In this document: positions 30,418 to 40,151 of the stretch, in pieces
How the letters are laid out: every line of letters starts with the position of its first letter
How positions within the stretch are numbered: position 1 is the stretch's first letter
Origin: an uncultured Alphaproteobacteria bacterium
Lineage (GTDB): Bacteria; Pseudomonadota; Alphaproteobacteria; HIMB59; GCA-002718135
Assembly (NCBI GenBank): GCA_902530685.1
Contig: CACAAZ010000004.1
Coordinates: 1-62,569 of the forward strand
Length of the DNA: 62,569 nt
Reading direction: 5' to 3'
The notes under the pieces: model-generated
What the model was told of the DNA's origin: nothing
Database searches by the model: none
The model's input: the letters and a program-made list of their open reading frames with translations, nothing else
Translations under genes and position numbers: made by a program

Positions 30418-31589
30418 TTTACGATATGTAAATCTCTTGGAACATTTGTAAGTAATTCAAAGCCATTTTCAGTTACCCTCACAGACTCACTTAGCTCAAG
30501 TCCCCATGTATCCATCCACATTCCACACATGAGGTGGTATGTTACGTTAGGATACAATAATGTTTTCTCATTTTTTCGAATACTTAGTGTGTGCTCTCCC
30601 CAATCTGGCGGATAGCCAAGACCAATTGAATAGCCAGCTCTTGATTCTTTTTCCAATCCATATTTTTCTAATACTGACCAAAAAGCAACTGCTACATTAT
30701 GACAACTATTACCTGGTTTAGTTTGTTCCAAGGCTCTCTCAATACCTTCATTAGTTATTTTTAATGTATCTGATATTTTTGGATCAGGCTTTCCTATGTA
30801 AACTGTTCTTGATAAGGCACAATGATAACGATGTTTTACACCTCCTAGTTCAATTATAGTGCCTTCATTATTTTCAAATTTTTTTTCACTTGGCGTTAAA
30901 TGTGATGCAGAGGCTGATCTTCCACTTGCGAGTATAAGTCCCAAACCAGCATATTCTCCACCCATTTTTGTTTCATCATTTCCGGCAATAAGGGTATTAT
31001 GAATTTTTCCAGCGACAGTACTTTGTTTTACTCCTTCTTTGATAGAATCAAAAGCAGTTTGCATTCCAGCTCTAACAAGAACTCCTGCATCCTTCATATA
31101 TTTAATCTCACTTTCCGACTTAATGTATCTTACCCAGTTGATAAGAAGATGAGCATTAATAAATTTAGCATCTGTTAAATTATTTTTTAATCTGCTATGA
31201 TTTTCAGCAGTATAATAATAACTATCCATTTCTACACCGATGCGGTTGGATGACCATTTTTTATCTTTAATTAATTGAACTACATAATCATAAGGGTGTA
31301 ATGGCGGAGATTGTATAAGATTTTCAGGATAACCATAAATATTTTCATCATATAAAAAAGTAGTTATTCTTGCCCCATTTGAATCTTGTTTTCTTCCAAA
31401 CCAATAAGGCTGGTCCTCGTCAATTGATATGATTATACCTTGTGGTACATAAAATGACCAACCATCATAGCCAGTTAGGTAATTCATATTTGATGGATCA
31501 GTACTAATTAAAATATCTATACCTTTTTTAGACATTGATTCTTTAACTTTTTTAATTCTAAGATTGTATTCTTCTTTTGAAAAAATCAT
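30414..31589 (-). CDS. doeA: ectoine hydrolase DoeA/EutD (M24 pita-bread fold)
   Basis: FSKEEY..R, DPSNMNYLTGYDGWSFY, WFGRKQDSNGA, RYHCALSRT, SRAGYSIGLGYPPDWGEHTLS, GMWMDTWGLE. Confidence 0.85.
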   Translation of the reverse strand: MIFSKEEYNLRIKKVKESMSKKGIDILISTDPSNMNYLTGYDGWSFYVPQGIIISIDEDQPYWFGRKQDSNGARITTFLYDENIYGYPENLIQSPPLHPYDYVVQLIKDKKWSSNRIGVEMDSYYYTAENHSRLKNNLTDAKFINAHLLINWVRYIKSESEIKYMKDAGVLVRAGMQTAFDSIKEGVKQSTVAGKIHNTLIAGNDETKMGGEYAGLGLILASGRSASASHLTPSEKKFENNEGTIIELGGVKHRYHCALSRTVYIGKPDPKISDTLKITNEGIERALEQTKPGNSCHNVAVAFWSVLEKYGLEKESRAGYSIGLGYPPDWGEHTLSIRKNEKTLLYPNVTYHLMCGMWMDTWGLELSESVRVTENGFELLTNVPRDLHIVN

Positions 31590-31604
31590 TGTTTCCCGTT
31601 TTAA

Positions 31605-32171
31605 TTATCTTTCTGATATTTCGTATCCAAATTGGTATGCTGTTTCAAGTAGGATCTCCCAAGTTGAAAGTGCAAAACCTCTAGGTATAAATAGTTGAAA
31701 ATTATTTTTAGAAAATTTTAATAACTTTATATTTACATGATGAATAGCAGAACTAGCAGAAGAATTTGCTTTGAATACTGACTCTCTTAGATCAATAGGT
31801 AAAAATCTGTTTAAAAGTAATGTGGTATTTTCTCCAGTTATATTAATTGATGTATATGCATGTGATAAATCTAAATTAGTTCCTAAATGATCTGGAAGAT
31901 CTAAATTATTTTTTAATATCCACCATTTTAGTGGCTCTATTCTCCAAATCGAATTTTCATCATTTAATATTCCCTCATTGAAGTGTGGAACTTTCTCAAT
32001 GTTTAGTTTTTCTTTTATATATGTTTCTGATTGAAATAAAGTATCTGGCCAACAAGCTATCTGCTTAAGATTGAGGTTTGTAGTTTCCTTAAATTTTATG
32101 GTTACATTATTATTAATAGGAAAGCTACCTGGTTTATATGAAGTATCTAACGATGAGGATCTATCAACCAT
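31605..32171 (-). CDS. soxG: sarcosine oxidase subunit gamma
   Basis: DLSHAYTSINITG, PIDLRESVF, IPRGFALSTWEIL; ATG 32171 overlaps the soxA stop. Confidence 0.8.
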   Translation of the reverse strand: MVDRSSSLDTSYKPGSFPINNNVTIKFKETTNLNLKQIACWPDTLFQSETYIKEKLNIEKVPHFNEGILNDENSIWRIEPLKWWILKNNLDLPDHLGTNLDLSHAYTSINITGENTTLLLNRFLPIDLRESVFKANSSASSAIHHVNIKLLKFSKNNFQLFIPRGFALSTWEILLETAYQFGYEISER

Positions 32172-35130
32172 GCATTCTCTCACCTTTTGGATCAAGCATG
32201 TGAGAAGATACTACTTGAATTTCAATTTGTTTGTTTCTAATCGGATCACTGCCAATTACATTAATATTTTTCCATTCTTCAACACCACCCTTTATAAATC
32301 CTAAGCCAATCCAATGTCCTAATTCGGGTGAATGAGTAACTGAAGTAATTCTACCAACACCGAAACCTTTTATATTATTTTTTTCACAAATTATTGTTCC
32401 GGAAGCAAAAGTATCATTCTTATTAACAGGAAAAAAACCCACTAGCTTTTCTCTATCTGAAGCACTTAAAACTCCTCTTTTTCTCAATGCGCTACCGATG
32501 TACGATTTCTTATCTGATGCCATTTTTCCTAAACCCACATCATCAATAGTTGTTCGACCATCAAGTTCAGCACCTGTTACATGTCCTTTTTCAATTCTAA
32601 GTGCACCTAGAGCTTCAACACCATATAAACACCCATCAAATTGTTTTGCGGATTTCCATAAAATATCCATCATTATATTTGCATAATCTGCTTGAATATA
32701 AATTTCAAATCCGAGCTCACCAGAAAAACTTATTCTAGCAATTCTACATGGAATTCCTCCCTTAAGTGTAGCTGAGATAAAACACATGAATGGTAAATTT
32801 TCATTAGATATCGTAGAAGGATCTTCTAAACATTGGCTTAAAACATCTCTTGTCTTTGGGCCAGAAATAGCTGCTACACCCCACTGCTCAGAAACACTTG
32901 TCACATTGACTTTTAAATCAGTCCATCGTACTTGAAGTAATTCTTCTAACCATGACATTACTTTTCCTGCCTGGGATGTTGAAGTTGTCATAAAATATTC
33001 ATTATCTGACAACCGCCAACAAGTACCATCATCTAAAACTATACCATCATCACGTAACATAATTCCATATCTCGTTTTATTTATTGGAAGTTTAGCAAAA
33101 GCATTAGTGTAAATTCTATTAATAAATTCTGTTGAGTCAGGTCCTTGAATAGCTATTTTACCTAATGAACTAACATCACATATACCTACTGTTTTTCTAA
33201 CTGTTGCAGCTTCTCTGATGTATGCCTCATCTATGGTCTCATTGCTTTTAGGAAAATACCATGGTCTATCATATAAACCAGCATCAATCATTGTTGCTCC
33301 ATTTTCCAAATTCCATGCATGCATTGGAGTAGTTCTAAGAGGCATGAAGTGTTTTCCAACACTCCTACCGGCTAATGCACCAATAGAAACAGGAGTAAAG
33401 GGTGGACGAAAAGTTGTAGTACCTACCTCTGGAATTTCTTTTCCAAGCAAATCTGCCATTAAAGATAAACCTATTATATTACCCATCTTACCTTGATCAT
33501 TTGCCATGCCTAAAGTTGTATAACGTTTTAAATGTTCAACTGATATAAATCCTTCTCTATGTGCTAAGCGTACATCATCACAGATTACATCATGTTGAAA
33601 ATCTACGAAACTTTTTGAGCGAGTTTTTTTTGATTTAACTTCATATAAAGGTTCGATTGGATTCATCCAGCCACCTTGTTTTGGAAAAAAATAATCTGTT
33701 TTTGATATTCCAAGTTTATTAATTGCATCTAAAGTACCTGCAATTCCTGAGTCAATACAATCACCTTTACCCCATATCCCTCTAGCAGAACCTATAACTG
33801 TAATATTTTCTTTGGGTTCTCCAGGTACAAAACATAAATTTTCTGTGTCCCAAACTGGACGCACTCCTCGATGAGATAATAGATGGACTGCAGGTGACCA
33901 TCCACCTGACATTAAGACCTGATCACATGTAATTGTATCTATTTTATTGTATTTTGAATTTATCGAGTTGGCGATATCTAAACTATTTATTTTTTTAGAA
34001 CCATTAATGTTATATGGAACAACACCATTTATTACTTCAAAATTATTTTTGTTTAAATCTATATTTGTTTCTTTGCGATTATCTAAAACTATTACATTTG
34101 CTCCAGCTTTTGCTAATATTTCTGCTGTTGAATATACTGAATCATTGTTAGTTGTAATTACAATTTTTTTCCCAGTTAATACACCATATCTATTTAAATA
34201 ATGTTTAGATGCGTTTACAGTCATTGAACCAGGGACATCATTATTATTAAATGCGATATGTCTTTCAAAAGAACCTGATCCGATTAAAACATGTTTAGCT
34301 CTAACAATCCAAAATCTCTGCTTTGGCAATCTTCTATCTGAGAGGGTAACGTTTTCTTCAACTCTTTCTACCAAACCTAACACACAATTATCGTACAAAC
34401 CAAATGCGGTTGTTCTTTTCATAACTCTTACACCAAGACTTTTTAGTTCTTTGAAAGCTTCGTCAGAATTAAATTCACTCTCAGATAATTGATCGCCTCC
34501 TATCATATTGTCCTGTTCAACAAGTATGACATCAAGTTTTCTATCAGCAGCTTCTTTAGCAGCAGCGATACCTGCAGGACCAGAACCGACTATAAGTATA
34601 TCACAGTGATCATTTGCATGTTCATACACATCTGGATCAGGTAAACGAGAACTTCTTCCCATACCAGCAGCTTTCCTAATGAATTTTTCAAAAAACATCC
34701 AAACAGATGTACCAGATCCCCACTCAAAAGGTGGAATTCCCATGAAAGTCTTGTAATAAAAACCTGCAGGAACAAATCGACTTAATAAGTTATTAATAGA
34801 AGCGAGATCAAAATTTACACTTGGGAATGCATTTTGGCCAGAAGCAATTAAACCTTCGTATAATTCTTGAGAAGTAACTCGAACATTTGGTTCTTTTCTA
34901 TCCCCAGTACCAATGGTTACCAATCCACCAGACTCCTCCACTCCACATGACATTATACCTCTAGGTCGATGATATTTAAAACTTCTTCCTACTACTCTAA
35001 TGTCATTAGCTAATAGAGCTGAAGCAAGAGAGTCACCTTGATAGCCAAAATAATTTTTATTTTCCCAACTAAATTTCAATTGTTTTTGACGATTAATTTT
35101 ACCAAAATTTTCTATTCTTCTTGAGCTCAT
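32164..35130 (-). CDS. soxA: heterotetrameric sarcosine oxidase / N-methylglutamate dehydrogenase subunit alpha
   Basis: GDSLASALLAN, GRSFKYHRPRGI, AGFYYKTFM, EHLKRYTTLGMANDQGK, TTFRPPFTP, GcvT-like C-terminal domain. Confidence 0.93.
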   Translation of the reverse strand: MSSRRIENFGKINRQKQLKFSWENKNYFGYQGDSLASALLANDIRVVGRSFKYHRPRGIMSCGVEESGGLVTIGTGDRKEPNVRVTSQELYEGLIASGQNAFPSVNFDLASINNLLSRFVPAGFYYKTFMGIPPFEWGSGTSVWMFFEKFIRKAAGMGRSSRLPDPDVYEHANDHCDILIVGSGPAGIAAAKEAADRKLDVILVEQDNMIGGDQLSESEFNSDEAFKELKSLGVRVMKRTTAFGLYDNCVLGLVERVEENVTLSDRRLPKQRFWIVRAKHVLIGSGSFERHIAFNNNDVPGSMTVNASKHYLNRYGVLTGKKIVITTNNDSVYSTAEILAKAGANVIVLDNRKETNIDLNKNNFEVINGVVPYNINGSKKINSLDIANSINSKYNKIDTITCDQVLMSGGWSPAVHLLSHRGVRPVWDTENLCFVPGEPKENITVIGSARGIWGKGDCIDSGIAGTLDAINKLGISKTDYFFPKQGGWMNPIEPLYEVKSKKTRSKSFVDFQHDVICDDVRLAHREGFISVEHLKRYTTLGMANDQGKMGNIIGLSLMADLLGKEIPEVGTTTFRPPFTPVSIGALAGRSVGKHFMPLRTTPMHAWNLENGATMIDAGLYDRPWYFPKSNETIDEAYIREAATVRKTVGICDVSSLGKIAIQGPDSTEFINRIYTNAFAKLPINKTRYGIMLRDDGIVLDDGTCWRLSDNEYFMTTSTSQAGKVMSWLEELLQVRWTDLKVNVTSVSEQWGVAAISGPKTRDVLSQCLEDPSTISNENLPFMCFISATLKGGIPCRIARISFSGELGFEIYIQADYANIMMDILWKSAKQFDGCLYGVEALGALRIEKGHVTGAELDGRTTIDDVGLGKMASDKKSYIGSALRKRGVLSASDREKLVGFFPVNKNDTFASGTIICEKNNIKGFGVGRITSVTHSPELGHWIGLGFIKGGVEEWKNINVIGSDPIRNKQIEIQVVSSHMLDPKGERMHG

Positions 35131-35132
35131 AA

Positions 35133-35411
35133 CTATTTTTCAAATACTTTTTGAAGTTGTGTGTGGCAAGGTTTAACACTCTTAATTTCATGAGTTATTG
35201 TTGAACGCTCGACTTCTAACCACATTCTACAACCATTTGAGTGTTGCCAAGTTTCTCTTTGAATGCCTTTGATATTTTCTCTAAAAAAGACTGCTTCAAC
35301 CCAATCTTTTTCTGGTGCATCTAAACTTGGATAAACTATTGATGCGTCACTTCCATAACTAAACTCGCTATGATCTCTATCTCCACAATAAGGGCATTTT
35401 ATTATTATCAT
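35133..35411 (-). CDS. soxD: sarcosine oxidase subunit delta
   Basis: CPYCG..EF and WQHSNGCRMW zinc-binding motifs. Confidence 0.92.
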   Translation of the reverse strand: MIIIKCPYCGDRDHSEFSYGSDASIVYPSLDAPEKDWVEAVFFRENIKGIQRETWQHSNGCRMWLEVERSTITHEIKSVKPCHTQLQKVFEK

Positions 35412-35414
35412 AAT

Positions 35415-36683
35415 TTAACCATGCATTTTTGGATCAGGGCCACTACCACTCTCATCAATATTAATACCTTTTTCAAATCTCTCTAAATTATGATTGGCAA
35501 TTACTTTATGAGGTCTTTCATTTGCTATTAAGTCAGCAAAATACCAGCCAGAAGCTGGACTTGCTTTAAAACCACCATAATTCCAACCTGCGTTTAAGTA
35601 CAAGTTTTCAACTGGTGTTTTGCACATAAAAAAAGATCCATCCATACTCATGTCCATCACTCCAGCCCAATGTCTTAACAATCTTAGTTTTCCAAGACAC
35701 GGCATTATTGCCATTGCACCCTCACCATTTTCTTTTACAGTTGGCAAGTTTCCCCTTTGAGCATAAGACTTGTACCAATCTAGCTCACCTCCAAATACCA
35801 TGCTTCCTTTATTTGTTTGAGAAATATAGAAATGTGCGGCACCAGCAGGAGCGTATATTAATACACAATCCAAAAGAGGTTTAACAGCCTCTGTAACAAA
35901 CGCCTGTAACTTATGAGACTCTATCGGTAAATTACCTAACTCTGCCATTTGCCATAAGACAGATGTATGACCAGCAACAGCAAATCCAATTTTTTTGCCT
36001 TTTATATCTCCCCTAGTAGTTTGCAAACTTTCTATTGATCCATTCTTACGTGTCACTCCAGTAACTTCACAATTCTGTAATATATCTACACCAAGTGAGT
36101 CAGCTGCCCTTGCATATCCCCATACAGCAGAGTCGTGCCTTGCATTACCAGCACGAGGTTGAACAATTGCTCCTAAAATTGGGAAACGGCCATTATCATA
36201 ATTAAGGTGAGGTATTTTATTTTTTAGTTTATTTAAATCCCACAACTCACCATCTGAACCAGTAAGTCTCATAGTGTTGTAACGTCTTGCAAAAGAATCA
36301 AGAGCACCTGGGTTGTTAATTAAAAGCACATGAGATCGCTGACTAAACATAACATTGTAATTCAAATCATGGCTTAAGTTTTCCCATAATCTTAATGTAT
36401 GTTCATAAAATTCTCTATTACCCGGCATCATATAATTTGATCGTACAATTGTTGTGTTACGCCCTGCATTACCACCACCAATCCAACCCTTTTCTAAAAC
36501 TGCAACATTATGCATGTTATGATTTTTGGCTAGGTAGTAAGCGGTAGCTAGTCCATGTAATCCTCCCCCCACAATAACTGCATCGTAAGATGCTTTTGGT
36601 TCTGGATCACGCCATTGTCTACTCCAACCTGAATTACCATTAAAGCCATTTTTAATTACATTCCAAGCATTGAATCTAGTCAT
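35415..36683 (-). CDS. soxB: sarcosine oxidase subunit beta
   Basis: WRDPEPKASYD, GGGLHGLATAYYLAK, GRNTTIVRSNY, ARHDSAVWGYARAA, PIESHKLQA. Confidence 0.93.
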   Translation of the reverse strand: MTRFNAWNVIKNGFNGNSGWSRQWRDPEPKASYDAVIVGGGLHGLATAYYLAKNHNMHNVAVLEKGWIGGGNAGRNTTIVRSNYMMPGNREFYEHTLRLWENLSHDLNYNVMFSQRSHVLLINNPGALDSFARRYNTMRLTGSDGELWDLNKLKNKIPHLNYDNGRFPILGAIVQPRAGNARHDSAVWGYARAADSLGVDILQNCEVTGVTRKNGSIESLQTTRGDIKGKKIGFAVAGHTSVLWQMAELGNLPIESHKLQAFVTEAVKPLLDCVLIYAPAGAAHFYISQTNKGSMVFGGELDWYKSYAQRGNLPTVKENGEGAMAIMPCLGKLRLLRHWAGVMDMSMDGSFFMCKTPVENLYLNAGWNYGGFKASPASGWYFADLIANERPHKVIANHNLERFEKGINIDESGSGPDPKMHG

Positions 36684-36792
36684 AAGATATTCGTATATTT
36701 AATCTATTTTTTGTTCAATATATTTTTTTTCATTAAATTGAACATGCAGTCGCATGCTTTATAGCCTTAATTTAAGACCAAAAATAAAGCAT

Positions 36793-37815
36793 TTAACTAC
36801 TTGGCCATGTATCATTTAATTTATACCCTTCTGGGAAAGGATCATCTTTAGAAATATATAGTTTTTGCTCTCCTGTAATAAAAGCAGACCCTTTTATTGA
36901 TGGAATGATCATATGTTTATTTTCTTTTGTATATTCCTTCAAAATAAAAGTTTCAAATGAAGACCCTATTATTGATCTTGATATAAATTTCTCATTAAGT
37001 TGTATTTCATTTTTAGCATACATAAGTGCTAATCGTGCAGAAGTACCAGTTCCACAAGGTGAGCGATCCAACTTACCAGGTCTGATACAAACAGTATTCC
37101 AACCCTCTTTTTGATTAAAATCATTAGATTTTATTGGCTCAATAAACTGACAAAAAGAAATATAATTTAGACTTGGAAGTGTGGGATGATTAAATCCTAA
37201 GCTAATGTTCGCTTCTCTAACAATTTCTTTTGAAATTTTTACAAATTTATCAGCATTGTTACTTTCTATAGTTAAATTAAAATCACTTGCATTACAAATA
37301 ACAAAACTATCACCTCCAAATACGGTGCTAACAATTATTTCACCATATGAAGGAGTTTTAAGTTTTACTTCAAGTTGATCAACAAAAGATGGCAAGTTTT
37401 GTACTTCAACAAATTTTACTTTATTATTCTTTATAAATGCTTTTATAGGTATAATACCTCCAGGGGCCTCAAGCATAAATTCAGTAATTGGATCCTCCAT
37501 TTTAATAAAACCTTTTTCAAGAAGTACTGTAGCTACACAAATACTATTAGAACCGCTCATAGGTGGATTATCTTCTGGTTCCATAATAATAAATCCAGCT
37601 TTAGCCTTTTCATTATTAGGAGGAACTATTAAATTAAAATGTTTAAAAACACCTCCTCTTGGTTCATTTAACAAAAAATTTCTAAATTTTTTATCATCAA
37701 ATAAAAATTTTGATTGATCAAGAATCGTATCTCCTTTTAAATCAATATTTCCAGCAACAATGACATCGCCTATTTCTCCACAACAATGAGCGTTATAGAT
37801 TTGAATTTCCTGCAT
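36793..37815 (-). CDS. proline racemase superfamily enzyme, Ser/Cys type (hydroxyproline epimerase/dehydratase-like)
   Basis: HCCGEIGDV, LNEPRGG, PPMSGSNSICV (Ser where ProR has MCGH), DRSPCGTGTSAR, DPFPEGY. Confidence 0.88.
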   Translation of the reverse strand: MQEIQIYNAHCCGEIGDVIVAGNIDLKGDTILDQSKFLFDDKKFRNFLLNEPRGGVFKHFNLIVPPNNEKAKAGFIIMEPEDNPPMSGSNSICVATVLLEKGFIKMEDPITEFMLEAPGGIIPIKAFIKNNKVKFVEVQNLPSFVDQLEVKLKTPSYGEIIVSTVFGGDSFVICNASDFNLTIESNNADKFVKISKEIVREANISLGFNHPTLPSLNYISFCQFIEPIKSNDFNQKEGWNTVCIRPGKLDRSPCGTGTSARLALMYAKNEIQLNEKFISRSIIGSSFETFILKEYTKENKHMIIPSIKGSAFITGEQKLYISKDDPFPEGYKLNDTWPSS

Positions 37816-38969
37816 TAATTAATAATTAGATCTTCAATAGCTTTTGAGTGATGTGTGATTTGTTCGTATCCATTTTCGGTTATTATAAAACTATCACCTA
37901 CTTGACCTCTAAAATCTTTTGCACTACTTCCTCCATCTACAGCAAATACCATTCCAGGCTTTAAAACAGTTTTATTGCCAACTACTAGTTGAGGTTCCTC
38001 TAAAAAACTAAATCCTGTACCTCTTCCACACCTAAATGTTGGGTAGGGGTAACCTTCTGCTTGAATAGTATCAGCATAAGCAGCATGCACTTCTTCTGCA
38101 GTAACTCCAGGGCCTAAGACACTAAGTGCAGCTTTTTGTGATTTTACTGCTACTTCAAATGCTTTAATTTGACTTTCATCTTTAATTTCATTAACCCAAA
38201 ACACTCTGTCAAATCCCAATTTAAATCTATGAAAATTTGTAGATCCACAATAACAACAAAAAACAGGTTCTCCTTTTTTAACTAGTTTGGTTGATGCACG
38301 TCGATGAGTATATGGCAGTTCTTTCCCTGATGTAATAACCGGTAGAAAATGAATGTTAGGTGACATATTAGGACTATCTGGATAATGTGCTTTTAATAGC
38401 TCTGCTGCTTTTCTAGTTCCAGCTTGAGATTGGGCTAAAGCAATTTCGTACTGAGGTACATTATCTGCAATTACTGATTTTGCTCCTTCCATCATTGCCA
38501 TAGCGACTTCACCTGCATGTCTTGCTATTTGTAATTCTTCTGAAGATTTAATCATACGTATATCATTTAAAAAAGGTGTGACATTGCCCATTGTTTTACC
38601 TTGTAATAATTCAGATAAATAATGGTTTACTGTTGCATTAATTTTATATTTTTCACAAAATATGTTTTTATATTTATATATAATTGCAGGTAAAAATTCT
38701 TTCCATTCTTTACCAATACCATCATTCCAAGTTTCAATTTTATCAACTGGAGTATTTTCTGGGACTAAAAGAACATCAAGCAAAGGTGTGATTAGAATAC
38801 TTTTATCATCTTTGGGAACTAGAAGAATCGTAGGTCTATTAAAATCCATATGAAGAAAATCATGATAGCCCGTAAAGTAATACAAATTATCATCATCAGT
38901 AATAATAGCTAAATCAATATCGTGTTCATTCATTTTTTCTCTTAATTTATTTAGATTTTTTTCGAACAT
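37815..38969 (-). CDS. M24-fold hydrolase (creatinase/EutD-like), metal ligands degenerate
   Basis: YYFTGY, IRMIKSSEE, YTH, CGRGTG, LKPGMVFAVDG, DSFIITENGYEQIT. Confidence 0.82.
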   Translation of the reverse strand: MFEKNLNKLREKMNEHDIDLAIITDDDNLYYFTGYHDFLHMDFNRPTILLVPKDDKSILITPLLDVLLVPENTPVDKIETWNDGIGKEWKEFLPAIIYKYKNIFCEKYKINATVNHYLSELLQGKTMGNVTPFLNDIRMIKSSEELQIARHAGEVAMAMMEGAKSVIADNVPQYEIALAQSQAGTRKAAELLKAHYPDSPNMSPNIHFLPVITSGKELPYTHRRASTKLVKKGEPVFCCYCGSTNFHRFKLGFDRVFWVNEIKDESQIKAFEVAVKSQKAALSVLGPGVTAEEVHAAYADTIQAEGYPYPTFRCGRGTGFSFLEEPQLVVGNKTVLKPGMVFAVDGGSSAKDFRGQVGDSFIITENGYEQITHHSKAIEDLIIN

Positions 38970-38994
38970 TCTATTTTCTCCATTTAAATAAATA

Positions 38995-40149
38995 TTATTT
39001 TAGTTGCTGTTCAACCAATTCACTCCAATAGGAAGATCCTATCACCAATAGCTCATCGTTAAAATCATAATCTGGAGAATGTAAAGGTTTTGCATGGGAA
39101 CCTTCAGTACCATTCCCCATTAAAACAAAACAGCCAGGTTTTTCTTCTGACATTATTGAGAAGTCTTCAGAAAATAATCGTGGCTCAATATCACCATCAC
39201 AATTTTCATTACCAAGTAGTGAGATTGCAGCATTAGTAGCAGAATCAGCTTGATCTTTTGAGTTAAATGTTACTGGACAGGTAGTTTCATATTTAACACT
39301 ACCATCTACGCCATGTGCACTACAAATGCCCTCAACAATCTGCAACATTTTTGATGCAATAATTTCATTTGTTTTTTTTGATAATGCTCTGGCATCTCCG
39401 GTCATTTTTACATTACCAGGTAAAACATTTTTTTTTCCATCTGTTATAAATTCAGTAATAGAAACTATACCATTGTCGGCTGGGTTTAATTTTCTTGAAA
39501 CAATGGATTGCAAGGCAACTGCTATTTGCGATCCCACAGTTATAGCATCAACACCCATATGAGGTAATGCTGCATGCCCGCCTTTTGCTTTTATATCTAT
39601 TTCAAATAAATTTTCACTGGCAGTTATAACGCCTTTTCTTGTTCCAAAAGTTCCAATTTTCATATTAGGAATATTGTGCATTGCATATACTTCATCAATA
39701 CTAAATTTTTCAAATAAACCTTCATCAATCATTGTTCTTGCACCAAATGTATTTTCCTCATCGGGTTGAAAAATAAAATACACAGTTCCATTAAAGTTTC
39801 CTTTTTCCGACAAATATTTTGCAGCTCCAAGTAACATTGTTGTATGACCATCATGACCACATGCATGCATTCTATTTTCAAATTTAGATTTATAATTAAA
39901 GTTATTTATTTCATGTATTGGAAGCGCGTCCATATCAGCTCTAATACCTATTGATTTAGAACTTTTTCCTTTTTTTAATACTCCAACTACTCCAGTTCTT
40001 GCTATTCCTTGATGAACCTCTATTCCAAATTCTTTAAGGAGCGATGTAACTTTATTTGAAGCATATTCTTCTTCAAAACTTATTTGAGGATGCATATGTA
40101 AATCATGTCGCCACTCAACTAATTGATTATGTAAAGTCTGTGTTTTCAT
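38995..40149 (-). CDS. M20D amidohydrolase (hippurate hydrolase family)
   Basis: WRHDLHMHP, GIRADMDALP, MHACGHDGHT, FQPDEE, GGHAALPH, SEDF, LHSPDYDFND. Confidence 0.92.
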   Translation of the reverse strand: MKTQTLHNQLVEWRHDLHMHPQISFEEEYASNKVTSLLKEFGIEVHQGIARTGVVGVLKKGKSSKSIGIRADMDALPIHEINNFNYKSKFENRMHACGHDGHTTMLLGAAKYLSEKGNFNGTVYFIFQPDEENTFGARTMIDEGLFEKFSIDEVYAMHNIPNMKIGTFGTRKGVITASENLFEIDIKAKGGHAALPHMGVDAITVGSQIAVALQSIVSRKLNPADNGIVSITEFITDGKKNVLPGNVKMTGDARALSKKTNEIIASKMLQIVEGICSAHGVDGSVKYETTCPVTFNSKDQADSATNAAISLLGNENCDGDIEPRLFSEDFSIMSEEKPGCFVLMGNGTEGSHAKPLHSPDYDFNDELLVIGSSYWSELVEQQLK

Positions 40150-40151
40150 TT

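Noticed and set aside
36684-36792. SAM-II/SAM-V or glycine riboswitch upstream of soxB
   Set aside because: Conserved cores (e.g. glycine GGAGA...CAGG, SAM-V pseudoknot pattern) could not be matched by eye; kept only as an unclassified structure.
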